From positions 448,001 to 512,000 of the forward strand of contig JBMNLZ010000002.1 of assembly GCA_050953065.1 (NCBI GenBank): a DNA stretch of 64,000 bases. Reading direction: 5' to 3'. The first letter of the stretch is position 1. Every line of letters starts with the position of its first letter. Under the pieces are notes generated by a model, which ran no database searches, had not been told where the DNA came from, and saw only the letters and a program-made list of their open reading frames with translations. The DNA is from Bacilli bacterium (lineage in GTDB: Bacteria > Bacillota_I > Bacilli_A > ML615J-28 > CAG-698). Positions 49,055 through 58,261 of the stretch are shown one piece after another. A program made the translations under genes and the position numbers.

Positions 49055-52000
49055 ATGAAAAAAACAATTTTATTATTTTTATTAGCATTAATGTTTGTTT
49101 TAACAGGCTGTTTATCTACTGTTGAAGAAAGTAAAATTACTTTTGATTTTCAAGATAAAAATGTCACTGTTGAAGTCGGTGACACATTTGCATTACAGCC
49201 AGTAATTATTGGTTTTCATGGTAATACGGTTATATATACATCAAGTGCTGATCCTTTTGATCCTTGTATATCGGTTAGCAATACAGGGGTAATTACTGCT
49301 ATAAAGGAAGGTAGTGCTTCAATTATTGCAAAATTAGATGGTGCTGCTGGAGTAGCTACAGTACAAATTAGTGTAACTGTTGTTCCTAAAACTGAAAATC
49401 CTAATGGTGGTAATGATAATACATCATTAACAGTAACAATTACAGGTGGAGTGCAAAATAATAAGATTATTTCTGCATTTGTAGGTGATGTTATTCAATT
49501 GGGAATTTTTGCTAATAAAACTTATACTGAAACTCCAGTTTGGAAATCAAGCGATATATCTAAAGGTTTTATTAGTAGTAGTGGATTGTTTACAGCATTA
49601 GATTCTGGTACTACTAAAATTGAATTGACAGTAGGTACTGCTACGGATTTTGTTTTTGTTACTATATTAGCTAAAAATCAAGATCCAGAAATTGTTACTC
49701 CTCAAATTACTTCAATATTAATCTCTGGTCCAAGGGTCTTAACAGTTGGTAATAATACTAATTTAACTGTTACACCTGATAAAGATGTTCTTTTCACAGT
49801 TTTATGGACAAGTAATAATAATGGTATTGCTACGATTGATGCTAGTGGAAAAGTTACAGCTAATTCAGCTGGTGTTGTAGTTTTTACAGCAACACTATCA
49901 TCTAATGCTTCAATAAAAAATACATGGACAATGATGATTCAAGACAATACACCAACTAATACAATAACAGGCATTAGTCTTTCAGGTGATTCAAATTTAT
50001 TTGTTGGAAATAAGATGCTGTTAACTGTTAATTTTACGCCAGCTGGTGAAACAGGTAATGTTACTTGGTCAACAAGTAATGCTGCGATTGCAAGTGTAGC
50101 TGCATCTGGATTAATTACTGGTGTTGCTCAAGGTAGTGTAACAATCACAGCAACTTTGAATGCTGATACATCAATAACTGGTTCTAAAACTATTACAGTT
50201 GTTCCAAAACCTAGTAGTATTACAGTAAGTGGAGCTACTAGTATGAATGTTGGGTCTACAACGTCTTTAACAGCTACAATATTACCAGCAGATACAGTTA
50301 AAACTGTTATTTGGTCTAGTAATAATACAAATGTTGCAACAGTGTCAAATACTGGAGTAGTTACAGCGTTGTCTGCTGGAGTTGCTTCAATCGTAGTAAC
50401 TTCAACTGTTGATTCAACAATTTTTGGTAAACTTGATATAATGGTTAATGCAACTCAAACACCTACGTTGAGTTTAAGCATTTCATCTTCAAATATTAAT
50501 GTAGGTAGTACTGCACAAATTACAGCTACAGTTGGTAATACAAGTAATACTGCTGTTACATATTCATCAAGTAATACAAGTGTAGCAACAGTTGATGCAA
50601 CTGGTAAGGTAACAGGTGTTGCAGCAGGGTCTGCAACAATTACAGGTAGGTTAGTGGTTGATAATTCAGTAACTTCATCAGTAGCTGTAACAATTGCATC
50701 AGCAACTCCAACGGTTAGTGTTTCTCCTACATCTACAACAGTATATGTTGGTTCAACAAAACAATTAACTGCAACAGTAACTAACACAAGTAATACAAGC
50801 GTTACATGGAGCAGTAGTAATACAAGTGTTGCAACAGTATCTTCAAGTGGTGTTGTTACAGCTGTTGCAGCAGGTAGTGCAACTATTACAGCAACATCAG
50901 TTGCTAATACATCAGCAAAAGCAACATGTGCAGTAACAGTATCAAATCCTCCAGCAGGAACTCTAACAATTACAGCTGATCCTAGTGCAAGTGTTCCAGT
51001 GGGTGGATCTGGATATCAATTATATGTAAAAGATTCAAATGGAACAAGTGTATCTCGTCTTGAGTGTACATTTACATCAAGTGATTCAAGTGTTGCAACA
51101 GTTTCAAGTTATGGAACAATTTCAGCTTTAAAAGATGGAAGTGCAACAATTACAGTAACTCATTCAACAAAAGGAACTGGAACAATTACTTTAACAATTG
51201 GATCTGGTGGTGGTGGAACGCCTCCTGTAAATCCTCCAGCAGGTACTTTAACAGTTACAGCTGATCCAAGTGCAACAGTTCCAATAGGAGCAAGTGGCTA
51301 TCAATTATATGTAAAAGATTCAAATGGAACTAGTTTATCTAGACAAGAATGTACTTTTACATCAAGTAATTCGAGTGTTGCAACTGTTTCAGTATATGGA
51401 ACAATTTCAGCTTTAGCGGCTGGTACTGCAATAATTAATGTAACTCATCCAACAGGTGGTTCAGGTGCAATTACATTGACTGTTGGATCTTCAGGAGCAG
51501 ATCCTTTTGATAGAATTATTACATTTGGAAGTAATCCGACATATAGTAGTAATGCAACTCAAGCAATGACAAATCCATTCTATTGGTTAAGAATGGCTCA
51601 AAATAATGGAGTTGATATTAATGCAACACTATTAACAACAACTGAAATTACTGCTCAAAATAACATTATGATCCAACAAGGTAATATGAGATTGGTTAAT
51701 CCAAGTACTTTAGCTAATAAGACTTCAGTTACTTCAAGCGAAGTTGAATCATTAAGAAGTACTTTTGGTTATTCTTTACCATCAGGATGGACTTTACAAT
51801 CAACTGTACAACATGCTGTTGTAACATCATTTGCTCAAATGAAAAGTTATCCTACAACATCAACAGATAAATCATACATGGAAACAGGTCTAGAAGTTGG
51901 AGAAGGTGTAGCGATTTATGGAAAATACAGTAGTGGTTCGTGGTTACTTGTAAGAAGCCAAAACTATTTTGGTTGGATTCAAGCATCAACTGTTGGAACA

Positions 52001-52657
52001 TGTTCAGGATCTGATATGGCTACATTTGCTAATCCAAGTAGTTTTGCTATAATTACAGCTGAAAGAATTAAAACAACTCAAATATCAGGACTTCCTACAA
52101 TGCTTAGAATGGGAACTAAACTTCCTTTAATTTCAAGTAATGCAACTTCAGCAACAGTAAGAGTTCCTACAAGAAATTCTAATGGTACTCTTAATACTAC
52201 TGGTGCTAGTGTTACTATTCCAATTGATAGTAATGAATATGTTCATGTAGGATATCTACCGTATTCAACTAAAAATATTATTAAACAGATGTTTAAAATG
52301 TTAGGTCAAGTTTATGGTTGGGGAGATATAAATTCTGATAGAGACTGTTCTTCTACAGTTTGGACAGCTTATAAATGTAGTGGGTTCTTACTACCTAGAA
52401 ATACATCGCAACAAGAACTTATTTCAAATAGTACTTATGCAAAGGTTTATCCAAGTGGAAATATTGGAACAAGTTATAGTACATATTTACCAAATGTTAG
52501 ATTAGGAGCTATTCTATTAATGAAAGGCCACGTAATGCTTTATTTAGGAAAAGTTGATTCAAGATATTATATAATTCACCAATATGGTAGTTTATATTGT
52601 CAAGTAACTGATACAAGAGGCTATTCATTATATAATACAAAGACATTTATTAAGTAA
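49055..52657 (+). CDS. Lipoprotein with about 9 Big_2 Ig-like domains and a C-terminal SH3 plus NlpC/P60 endopeptidase
   Basis: Lipobox LTGC; repeated WSSSNTSVATV..G motifs; YGWG...RDCSS...LPRNTSQQ...GHVMLYLG...IIH (Cys-His-His). Confidence 0.88.
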   Translation: MKKTILLFLLALMFVLTGCLSTVEESKITFDFQDKNVTVEVGDTFALQPVIIGFHGNTVIYTSSADPFDPCISVSNTGVITAIKEGSASIIAKLDGAAGVATVQISVTVVPKTENPNGGNDNTSLTVTITGGVQNNKIISAFVGDVIQLGIFANKTYTETPVWKSSDISKGFISSSGLFTALDSGTTKIELTVGTATDFVFVTILAKNQDPEIVTPQITSILISGPRVLTVGNNTNLTVTPDKDVLFTVLWTSNNNGIATIDASGKVTANSAGVVVFTATLSSNASIKNTWTMMIQDNTPTNTITGISLSGDSNLFVGNKMLLTVNFTPAGETGNVTWSTSNAAIASVAASGLITGVAQGSVTITATLNADTSITGSKTITVVPKPSSITVSGATSMNVGSTTSLTATILPADTVKTVIWSSNNTNVATVSNTGVVTALSAGVASIVVTSTVDSTIFGKLDIMVNATQTPTLSLSISSSNINVGSTAQITATVGNTSNTAVTYSSSNTSVATVDATGKVTGVAAGSATITGRLVVDNSVTSSVAVTIASATPTVSVSPTSTTVYVGSTKQLTATVTNTSNTSVTWSSSNTSVATVSSSGVVTAVAAGSATITATSVANTSAKATCAVTVSNPPAGTLTITADPSASVPVGGSGYQLYVKDSNGTSVSRLECTFTSSDSSVATVSSYGTISALKDGSATITVTHSTKGTGTITLTIGSGGGGTPPVNPPAGTLTVTADPSATVPIGASGYQLYVKDSNGTSLSRQECTFTSSNSSVATVSVYGTISALAAGTAIINVTHPTGGSGAITLTVGSSGADPFDRIITFGSNPTYSSNATQAMTNPFYWLRMAQNNGVDINATLLTTTEITAQNNIMIQQGNMRLVNPSTLANKTSVTSSEVESLRSTFGYSLPSGWTLQSTVQHAVVTSFAQMKSYPTTSTDKSYMETGLEVGEGVAIYGKYSSGSWLLVRSQNYFGWIQASTVGTCSGSDMATFANPSSFAIITAERIKTTQISGLPTMLRMGTKLPLISSNATSATVRVPTRNSNGTLNTTGASVTIPIDSNEYVHVGYLPYSTKNIIKQMFKMLGQVYGWGDINSDRDCSSTVWTAYKCSGFLLPRNTSQQELISNSTYAKVYPSGNIGTSYSTYLPNVRLGAILLMKGHVMLYLGKVDSRYYIIHQYGSLYCQVTDTRGYSLYNTKTFIK
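50945..51490 (+). repeat. Intragenic duplication of one Ig-like domain (period about 285 nt)
   Basis: NPPAGTLT.TADPSA.VP.G.SGYQLYVKDSNGTS at 50945 and 51230, with an identical DNA block TATCAATTATATGTAAAAGATTCAAATGGAAC. Confidence 0.9.
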
Positions 52658-52673
52658 TAAATAATAAAAACAT

Positions 52674-52703
52674 AAAAACCAGTTCATTTGAGCTGGTTTT
52701 TTT
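52674..52703 (+). terminator. Intrinsic terminator
   Basis: AAAAACCAGTTC-ATTT-GAGCTGGTTTTTTT. Confidence 0.85.
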
Positions 52704-52767
52704 ATATTAAATTGAAATTAACATATTTATATGATAAAATAATACATATACATTTAGGGGAATATTT

Positions 52768-53976
52768 ATGTGGACTAAAAGAAGACATAAAATTATTGTA
52801 GCTTTGGTTAAACCGTTATTTAAAATAATTGGTTTTTTTAAGTTCGGATATCGTTATAAAAAATACAAACTTAATAAAAAGGAAGCTTATATTATTGTTT
52901 CTAATCATCAGACTGTTTTTGATCATTTTATGTATGGTTTGGCCTTTAATAGAAATTTATATTATATAGCAACTGAAGATATTTTTTCAATGGGGTTTTT
53001 ATCAAAATTGTTGAAGTTTGCAGTTGCGCCAATTCCAAAAAGTAAATCAATGAGAGATTCTCAAACTGTAAGGATATCAATGCAAGTTGTTAAAGAAAAA
53101 GGTGTAATTATGGTTTCACCAGAAGGAAACAGAACCTATAGTGGTGAAACAGCCTATATAGATCCTGCAATTGCTAAGTTTGTTAAATTGTTAAAAGTTA
53201 CTTTGATTATATTTAATATTACTGGTGGATATGGTGTACATCCACGTTGGGCTAATAAATCAAGGAAAGGTAAGACTTTTGGAGAAGTTGTTAAAATTCT
53301 AACATATGATGAATATAAGGATTTATCAAATGAAGAATTATATGATATTATTAAAACAAATTTATATGTAGATGATACTACAACTAAAAATACATATAAA
53401 TCTAAAAAATCTGCTGAATATTGCGAGAGATTTTTGTATGTTTGTCCTAATTGTGGCATTACTAAAATATATTCTAAGGGTGAATATATATATTGTCCTG
53501 AATGTGAATTAAAAGTTAAATATAATGAAAATTTAGAGTTTGAAGTTGTTGAAGGAAAATTTAATTTTCTTAATATGAAAGAATGGTATCATTATCAAGA
53601 AGATTTTGTTTCAAAGTTAAACTTTGAAAAGTTTAAAGAAGAGGAAGTTATATTTAGTGATGAAGGAGTTTTTTTATTAAAACAAGAAAAGAATGTTAAA
53701 AAAATTAATATTTTAGAAGGTCAAATTGTCTTATATAAAAATAGAATAACAATAAATAATAATAAAAAAGACTATACCTTTTATTTTGATGACATAGATG
53801 CAATGACAGCTTTAGGGAAGAATAAATTGGGTTTTTATCTTAATGATGAAACTTTTCAAGTGAAGTCTAATGTAAGATTTAACCCTGTTAAATATATGCA
53901 TTTATTTTATCATTACAAAAACACACAAAAAGGAGAAAAAGATGATTTTAGAAGTAGTGAATTTTTGGGATTATAA
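52768..53976 (+). CDS. PlsC-like lysophospholipid acyltransferase with zinc-ribbon extension
   Basis: SNHQTVFD (HxxxxD), SPEGNRT, CPNC...CPEC. Confidence 0.85.
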   Translation: MWTKRRHKIIVALVKPLFKIIGFFKFGYRYKKYKLNKKEAYIIVSNHQTVFDHFMYGLAFNRNLYYIATEDIFSMGFLSKLLKFAVAPIPKSKSMRDSQTVRISMQVVKEKGVIMVSPEGNRTYSGETAYIDPAIAKFVKLLKVTLIIFNITGGYGVHPRWANKSRKGKTFGEVVKILTYDEYKDLSNEELYDIIKTNLYVDDTTTKNTYKSKKSAEYCERFLYVCPNCGITKIYSKGEYIYCPECELKVKYNENLEFEVVEGKFNFLNMKEWYHYQEDFVSKLNFEKFKEEEVIFSDEGVFLLKQEKNVKKINILEGQIVLYKNRITINNNKKDYTFYFDDIDAMTALGKNKLGFYLNDETFQVKSNVRFNPVKYMHLFYHYKNTQKGEKDDFRSSEFLGL

Positions 53977-55387
53977 AATTTGGGAATTGCTTATTCAATT
54001 AACAGTTTTAATGTTAGGTATGCTTTATGCTCACATGCTAATTAGGCTGATTAAACCTTTAAGACATGCACTTATTCCAAGTTCTGTTTTAGGTGGCTTT
54101 ATTTTATTAGCGTTTAATGTAATTGTAAAAAGAGCAACAGGAACTCCTTTTTTTGACCAAACAGTTTTAGAATCTTTAACATTTCACTGTTTAGGGCTTG
54201 GGTTTGTAGCGATGGCTTTAAAAACTAATGTTAAAAAAAGTGGTAAAAAAGAGAAACGGGAAATATTTGATTCAGGTATTACGGTAGTTAGTTCATATTT
54301 AATGCAAGCAATTATAGGGTTAGCTATTACGATAACATTGGGGTATACTTTATTTCCAAATCTATTTAAAGCAGGAGGAATTCTACTTGCTTTAGGTTAT
54401 GGTCAAGGCCCAGGACAAGCACTTAACTTTGGTAAAACATATGAAGATACATATGGTTTTGTAAGTGGAGGGTCGTTTGGTTTGACTATTGCATCAATGG
54501 GCTTTATTGCAGCTAGTATTGGTGGTGTTATTTATTTAAATATATTAAAGAAAAAAGGTAGAATTATAATACAAGATGATTTTATTTCTGAGAACTTATC
54601 AGCAATTGAAGTTTCTAGTGAAAATGAAATTCCAATGACTGAATCAATGGATAAGCTTACTGTTCAAATAGGTTTAGTGATGTTTAGTTATTTTTTAGCT
54701 TTTTTAGCAATGTTTGGAATTTCAACTTTAATGGATACAAACATTTTAGGTAATTTTGGAACTAAGACTATTAAACCACTTATTTGGGGATTCAACTTTT
54801 TGATTGGAACAATATTTGCGATTATAGTAAAAGTTGTTTTAAACAAATTAAAAGATAAACAAATAATTAATAGAGAATATAGAAACAATTTTATGTTAAG
54901 TAGAATTGGAGGATTCTTATTTGATGTAATGGTTGTTGCTAGTATTGCTGCTATTCAAATAGAATTCTTAGAACATTATATTTTACCGATGGTATTAATT
55001 TGTGTAATCGGTGGAGTTGCAACTTATTTCCAAATTGCGTTTATCACAAAAAGAATTTTTCCAGATTATCCGGATGAAGCTTTCTTATCATTATATGGTA
55101 ATTTGACTGGAACTGCTAGTACAGGGATTATTTTGTTGAGAGAACTAGATACTGAGTTTGAAACTCCAGCTGCAACTAACCTTGTGTATTTAACTTTGCC
55201 TGCGATTGTTTTTGGCTTTCCAATGATGTTATTACTTGGGTATGCACCACAAAATGATACAGCAACAGTTATTACTTTATTCATTTTAATTGTTTTATTT
55301 ATAGCAATGAATTTAATATTATTTAGAAGAAGTATTTTTAAGAAAAATAAAAAAGAAGAAGTCATAGAAAAAGTTAATGAGGAATAA
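53942..55387 (+). CDS. GltS-family sodium:glutamate symporter-like protein
   Basis: LIPSSVLGG, LGYGQGPGQA, YGNLTGTASTG..LLR. Confidence 0.8.
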   Translation: MILEVVNFWDYKIWELLIQLTVLMLGMLYAHMLIRLIKPLRHALIPSSVLGGFILLAFNVIVKRATGTPFFDQTVLESLTFHCLGLGFVAMALKTNVKKSGKKEKREIFDSGITVVSSYLMQAIIGLAITITLGYTLFPNLFKAGGILLALGYGQGPGQALNFGKTYEDTYGFVSGGSFGLTIASMGFIAASIGGVIYLNILKKKGRIIIQDDFISENLSAIEVSSENEIPMTESMDKLTVQIGLVMFSYFLAFLAMFGISTLMDTNILGNFGTKTIKPLIWGFNFLIGTIFAIIVKVVLNKLKDKQIINREYRNNFMLSRIGGFLFDVMVVASIAAIQIEFLEHYILPMVLICVIGGVATYFQIAFITKRIFPDYPDEAFLSLYGNLTGTASTGIILLRELDTEFETPAATNLVYLTLPAIVFGFPMMLLLGYAPQNDTATVITLFILIVLFIAMNLILFRRSIFKKNKKEEVIEKVNEE

Positions 55388-55390
55388 AGT

Positions 55391-56413
55391 ATGACATATG
55401 TTTTAGTAGGGATTGGAATTTTAACAGTTATTTATATGTTTATTTCTATTGCAATATATAGAGCTATCTTTAGTAATAGAAATAACGGAAATCCAAAATT
55501 AAAATTTTTTACAGAAGAAGATTTTAAAGGTTTAAAATCTAAAGATATTTCTTTTAAATCAAATAAAAAACAAACCTTAAAAGGTAAGGTTTATTATTAC
55601 GAAAAGGAAGAATATTTAGGTTTGCTAATTTTTGTACATGGAATTGGTGCAGGGCATTTAGCTTATACTACTGAGATAAATCATTTTGCAGAACAAGGTT
55701 TTTTAGTATTAAGTTATGATAATACTGGAAGTGGTATTTCAGAAGGGAAAAACATCGTAGGTTTTTCACAAAGAGTAATCGATTTAAAATATTGTTTAGA
55801 CTTTGTTTTAGAAAATAAAGAATTAAATAAATATAAAATTGTACTTTGTGGACACTCTTGGGGAGCATTTGCTGTGATGAATATTTTAAATTACGATTAT
55901 GATATTAAAGCAGTAGTATCACTTGCAGGTTTTCCAAAAGCATCAACTGCTTATACTAAAGTTATTTCAAGACTAGTTAATCCGTTTTTAGGTATCTTTG
56001 GCTTTGGATTATCATTAATTGAAACAATAAAATTTGGTAAATTAGCAAGTTTTAGTGCTTTTAAAGCTTTTAAAAAGACTAAAGCTAAGGTATTATTTAT
56101 TTATGGAAAAAAAGATAATATGTTAGATTTTAAAGGGTTTGAAAATGATAGGTTTGATAATCTTAAAGTAATCGCTCTTGAATCAAAGGGACATAGAGTT
56201 AATATTACTGATGAAGCAGTAGCATATGATATAAAAAGGGATGAAGACTTAAAAGCTTTATATAAAAAATACAACAATCAAATTCCTGAAAGTGTTGAAA
56301 AAGAATATTATGCTAATTTAGATTATGATTTGTTAGTAGAGTTAGATAAAAATGTTATGAAGAAAATTGATGATTTTTTTATTAATGAAATTAAAAATAG
56401 AGTTGCAAATTAA
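55391..56413 (+). CDS. Membrane-anchored alpha/beta hydrolase
   Basis: VHGIGAG, YDNTGSGISEG, GHSWG nucleophile elbow, GKKD, KGH. Confidence 0.88.
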   Translation: MTYVLVGIGILTVIYMFISIAIYRAIFSNRNNGNPKLKFFTEEDFKGLKSKDISFKSNKKQTLKGKVYYYEKEEYLGLLIFVHGIGAGHLAYTTEINHFAEQGFLVLSYDNTGSGISEGKNIVGFSQRVIDLKYCLDFVLENKELNKYKIVLCGHSWGAFAVMNILNYDYDIKAVVSLAGFPKASTAYTKVISRLVNPFLGIFGFGLSLIETIKFGKLASFSAFKAFKKTKAKVLFIYGKKDNMLDFKGFENDRFDNLKVIALESKGHRVNITDEAVAYDIKRDEDLKALYKKYNNQIPESVEKEYYANLDYDLLVELDKNVMKKIDDFFINEIKNRVAN

Positions 56414-56429
56414 TGCAACTCTATTTTTT
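56394..56429. terminator. Bidirectional terminator
   Basis: AAAAATAGAGTTGCA-AATTAA-TGCAACTCTATTTTT. Confidence 0.85.
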
Positions 56430-56480
56430 AGTTTTATAATGTTAAAATATCTTAATTAAGTTGTTATCAGTGTTAAATTA

Positions 56481-57995
56481 TTATTCAGTAAATGGTGGAT
56501 ATTGTGGAGTGCCATATCCTGAAATTGTACTATGTTGCAATGGATAACTTCTATATGCAACCGTATTACTAGTATTACCTTCAATTGTATATACTCTAGT
56601 AGCATCAGTTGAGATTACAATTCCAGTATGGTCTGCATCATCACCATCATAAGTAAAGAATATAATATCTCCTTTTTTTGGTGTGTAGGTTTCTTTGTAT
56701 TGGATTAAATCACGTTCTATAAACCATTCACGACCTAAAGTACAGCTAGCATATTTTGGAATTATTTCTGTTGAAATTCCAGATTGATAAGCACACCATG
56801 AAACAAACATCGCACACCAAGCACCTGTAGGATATTCTCCGCCACCATACCAAGCACCAAATTTTGTCCATCCGTTAGCTGCCTCTTGATAGCCTAATTC
56901 TTCAGCTGCAATAGCAAGAAGTCTACTTACATAATCGACATTTGGTACACCATAAACTGTAATAGTAATAGTAGTATAAGTTTTAGGGTTTGTTTTTAAT
57001 CTTGCGGCTAGAGTTCCACTTCCAGCCAATAAAGTAGTAACACGTCCATTTTCATTTACTGAAAGGATTGAAGGAGATAGTGAAAACCAATCAAACAATG
57101 TATTATCATTAACTCCATCAACTTTTGCATAAGCAAATTCACCAGCTTGTACTGCGAATCCAGGATTGTTTGGTGATTCAAGATATAGTGTTGCGATTCC
57201 ATCTTCAACTGAGCCACCAACTGTAATTTCAATAGAACCATCAATTCCAGATTTTGCAGTATAACTAGCTCTTAGTATAGTAGTACCTGCAGAAAGTCCT
57301 GTAACATTACAATCATCATCTATAGAAAGAATGTTAGGATTATCTACAGTCCAAGTAAAATCTAAAGGAGTATTAGCGTCAGTTAAATCAATGTTTGTAA
57401 TTGTAACTGCGATAGGCTTATTAATTGGGATTTTAGTAGTTGGCATTGAAAGATTAAGCGGAATTATTAATTTCCAAGTGCCACTGATAGTAGTATCAAA
57501 CTTATTTGTAACAGTTACAGTAGTAGTACCAGGTTTTAAAGCTTTAATATTATAGTTTGCATCAATTGTTGCGATGTTAGTATCTTCTAATACCCAATCA
57601 AAATCAGCTCTATTTGAGAAGTCTTGAATTGTTAGTCTAACCATTGAGTCTACATCTACAACTTCTTTTGGGCTAGTAAGAACTAAAGGAATTTTTATAC
57701 TGATAGATGCTTTTATATCTGAATTTGCTTTTGAAGAAACGGTTAAAGTTGTTTCACCATAATCTATCGCTTGCAAGTTCCCACTTTCTAGTTGTGCAAT
57801 GCCTGGAGTAGAAAAAGTAAAAACAAGTTCATTTAAAGTGGCATTAGAAACTTCTAAAGGTAGTGGGATTTGTTCTCCAATTAATAATTCAATAGATTCA
57901 GTTACAAAGTCTAAAGTAACATTACTTACCTTATTACAACCACTAAATATAAATAATAAACAACAAAAAGATATTAAAAATAAAAGTTTTCTCAT
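56481..57995 (-). CDS. Lipoprotein with Big_2-like domains and a C-terminal CHAP amidase/endopeptidase
   Basis: Lipobox FSGC; four Ig-like repeats; TKFGAWY...WCAMFVSWC...PKKGDIIFF...DHTGIV...TIEGN...GYGTP. Confidence 0.88.
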   Translation of the reverse strand: MRKLLFLISFCCLLFIFSGCNKVSNVTLDFVTESIELLIGEQIPLPLEVSNATLNELVFTFSTPGIAQLESGNLQAIDYGETTLTVSSKANSDIKASISIKIPLVLTSPKEVVDVDSMVRLTIQDFSNRADFDWVLEDTNIATIDANYNIKALKPGTTTVTVTNKFDTTISGTWKLIIPLNLSMPTTKIPINKPIAVTITNIDLTDANTPLDFTWTVDNPNILSIDDDCNVTGLSAGTTILRASYTAKSGIDGSIEITVGGSVEDGIATLYLESPNNPGFAVQAGEFAYAKVDGVNDNTLFDWFSLSPSILSVNENGRVTTLLAGSGTLAARLKTNPKTYTTITITVYGVPNVDYVSRLLAIAAEELGYQEAANGWTKFGAWYGGGEYPTGAWCAMFVSWCAYQSGISTEIIPKYASCTLGREWFIERDLIQYKETYTPKKGDIIFFTYDGDDADHTGIVISTDATRVYTIEGNTSNTVAYRSYPLQHSTISGYGTPQYPPFTE

Positions 57996-58261
57996 TTTGT
58001 GCACCTCATTTTCATTATATCAAAAGTTAGAATAATTATCAATAAAAGAGCTTTTAAAAGTTGAAGATGTTTTCTATGTACATGAATAAAGAGGAGCTCT
58101 TTTTCGCTAATTGGTTTGGTTGACATATATTTATTAAAGTAGTAGCATAAAATCTTGATAAAACTATCTAAAAGTGATAAAATAAAAGAAGTGTTTAGTA
58201 TAAAGATTTAACGTAATTTATAAAAATGCTTTTATCCTTTTTTAAAGTTTTGGAGGAATAT

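Noticed and set aside
58040-58261. yybP-ykoY (Mn2+) riboswitch upstream of the P-type ATPase
   Set aside because: Only a partial AGTAGC match, which coincides with a plausible -10 of a TTGACA promoter; no GGGGAGTAGC core or four-way junction seen. The AAAAGAGCT...AGCTCTTTT inverted repeat remains unexplained.
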